Part shown: piece after piece, positions 61,897 through 64,000 of the stretch
Layout: each line of letters begins with the position of its first letter
Position numbering within the stretch: the stretch's first letter is position 1
NCBI RefSeq assembly: GCF_021869535.1
Contig: NW_026262581.1
Span: 54,932,001-54,996,000 of the forward strand
Length of the DNA stretch: 64,000 bases
Reading direction: 5' to 3'
DNA from: Mytilus californianus
Lineage: Eukaryota
Position numbers and translations under genes: made by a program
The notes under the pieces: model-generated
Databases searched by the model: none
What the model saw: the letters and a program-made list of their open reading frames with translations, nothing else
Told to the model about the DNA's origin: nothing

Positions 61897-63299
61897 CTGT
61901 AAAAAAATAATATCTAACATACAACTACATTTTATGAATTACCAAATATTAGAAATGATAAATAAGTGTAAAAGTTATATTTTCATATTTTAACCAATAG
62001 GTTTATTCTATTTTACTCATTTTTTTTAATTTTGTTTACTAAATTTAGTCAAAAAAAATGTATGAAAAAATATCATTTAGAGATTTTTTATTACTACAAA
62101 GTACAAAAGCACTGTTTTTTTTAATGACAATTACATATATTTTCCAGAAAATTGTTTGCCTGATTAACACAATTATTGATGGTGAAAAAGTAATGACAAC
62201 ACTGTCACAATGTGTCTTCATTTAGATAAAAACATTTTGGGGTAAGTTTTAAGTTGAACAATTATTATGATACTACCTTCTTTGGATTTAATACAAAATA
62301 GTCCTTGGATATCATTTTTTATAATATCCTTGTTATTAGCCATATATGTATGTAAAATAACCTACTCTTCCATAATGAAAGGATCTCTTTGTAAAATATC
62401 ACATGTAAATCTCTCAGAACTTTCAGGACTAAATGAGACATGGAGTGGAGGAGAAGCCATTTTGAGTATCTAATTGTTTTGACAGCTCTTTTACTCAAGC
62501 TGTCTTATATAAACTTCCTTTTATCTTTTTACAAGATCAAAGTATTATTTAAATGCTTGTCACATCTGTGTAGGCTTGGACACACCCACTTTGACAAACA
62601 CTTCCCTAATTATGGGATGACATTTGACCTTTGGCAAAAAGGATCAACACCTAATTATTTTTTATTTAATCAATTATGAAAATTACTAACAAAAGAATAG
62701 ATAATTGGCTTGGATAATTGTCACTTTTGTTCATAATCAAAATTTCAATAAAATAAATATTATCTCAAAATCTGACAAAAACAACTTAAGGCATATAATG
62801 ATATGTCAACAAATAGTAAAGAAATAATAATAAATTGTTGACAGTGACATGTGTTTTTAATAGAATTTTATTAGTTAAAAAACAACAAATAACAAACAAC
62901 CAATATTCAGATACAAGATAATGTCTTGAAAATTAATCCACAAAACTTAATAAATATTAGAAAGAATACAACTACAAGGAAAATTGTATATACTGTCAAT
63001 GGGAGGCAGAATGGACCAACATTATTTTTCAAATGAAAAAAATCTGCCAGAATGAACAATAATAATGCAATATAGAATTTTTTGGAATTCTTAAGGATTA
63101 TATCACCACTGAAGAAATCAGGATGCTAGTACAAAATAACAAGATTCCTTAGCAAACACTAATTCATTATAAAGTATGTATGATTTGGTAAAGTGTGTAT
63201 ATGTGTGAATCTCAATAGTCATAAAATAATGAAGCCAAAAGTTATAATATTCTAAAATAATAATATTGTATAAAGTAAGAGTTAACTGACAATTTAAAT

Positions 63300-63848
63300 T
63301 TCCTATGTATCTGTTATAAATTTCGAGATAATAATAGGCAAAAATGAAAACAGGGGAAAATCACCATCAAAGGGCAATAAGGAGTAGATCGACAATTTAA
63401 ATCATGCCTACTTATTTGTGGATCTTGTTTTACTGATCATTTTTGCTATTTAAAGTTTGTGTCAATCTAATATAAATTTCAAGATAATAGACAGAAATGA
63501 AAAAAAATTGGGAAAAATTGTCATTATAGCAATAAAAGCAATAAGAAGTTGTCTGACAGTTTTGATGTCAATAGACAGAAGTAAATCTCATCATTCTGAA
63601 AATCTTTGCCCAGTCAGATGTTCTCTATCAATAGTGGTTTTCAAGAGACAAAAGACAAAAGTTTGTCAGTAAGCAGGGTCATCAGACAGATTTATTAAAC
63701 TTCCCACCCAATGATGATTGTGGCCAAGTTTGGTTAAATTTGGACTTGTTTCAGTGGATGTGATCTTTGTAAAAGTTAACTAACAGACTACAGAAGCCAA
63801 GTGATGGCAAAAGTGAACTTAGAAACTTGGACCAGATGAGCTAAAAAA
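63300..63848 (-). mobile_element. HINE-like element remnant (family of 8056-10137)
   Basis: AAAGGGCAATAA units, TGATTGTGGCCAAGTTTGGTTAAATTTGG, and a GATGAGCTAAAAA end. Confidence 0.6.
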
Positions 63849-63871
63849 TGGTAATGCTTTAGTTCACTCAC

Positions 63872-63938
63872 CTCAAATGGTAGGAAAAAATCAAAATTAT
63901 GATGATGAGTTCTTCAAATGCTATAGAACTTTTATCAA
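63872..63938 (-). CDS. Possible upstream RhoGEF exon
   Basis: TTTTCCTAG acceptor, GAG|GTGAGT donor, open frame, phase-2 end matching exon 61896. It abuts a repeat end and shows no recognisable homology. Confidence 0.25.
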
Positions 63939-64000
63939 CTAGGAAAATATCTTTTCGCAAAGGAATTTTAAAACATAATGACATTATATGCAAATAAAAA

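Noticed and set aside
62277-62343. ATG-initiated mini-exon MANNKDIIKNDIQGLFCIKSKE with a GTAGTA donor upstream of the RhoGEF
   Set aside because: It ends in phase 1 while the strong acceptor at 61896 needs phase 2; it fits only via a secondary AG 8 nt downstream.

Overview
AT-rich (roughly two-thirds A+T) animal genomic DNA; the repeat families and gene content point to a bivalve, probably Mytilus (inference). Four protein-coding genes can be rebuilt by hand from splice sites and reading-frame phase. (1) A REDIC1/C12orf40-like meiotic crossover gene on the minus strand (ATG 15441, runs off the left edge), largely invisible in the ORF track. (2) A complete 10-exon, 740-aa peroxisomal ABC half-transporter ABCD1/2 on the plus strand (15621-37230), head-to-head with REDIC1 with only 179 bp between the start codons; as I recall, human ABCD2 and C12orf40 are arranged the same way. 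(3) An intact cGAS-like receptor (Mab-21 nucleotidyltransferase plus helical C-terminal region, 649-aa coding exon, 30931-32880) nested antisense in ABCD intron 8. It has its own spliced 5' exon and uORF, IRF/ISRE-type motifs, a 114-bp direct repeat on each side, and a 29-bp minisatellite that supplies its last codons. (4) A NET1/ARHGEF3-like RhoGEF on the minus strand (14 exons, 61896-48736, 5' end not in the confident model), with a candidate NET1A-like alternative first exon. The rest is dense non-autonomous repeats (Helentron/HINE-like elements, MITEs, SINEs, a Penelope fragment, a ~70-bp satellite). All homology calls are from motif recognition and memory; no database search was run.
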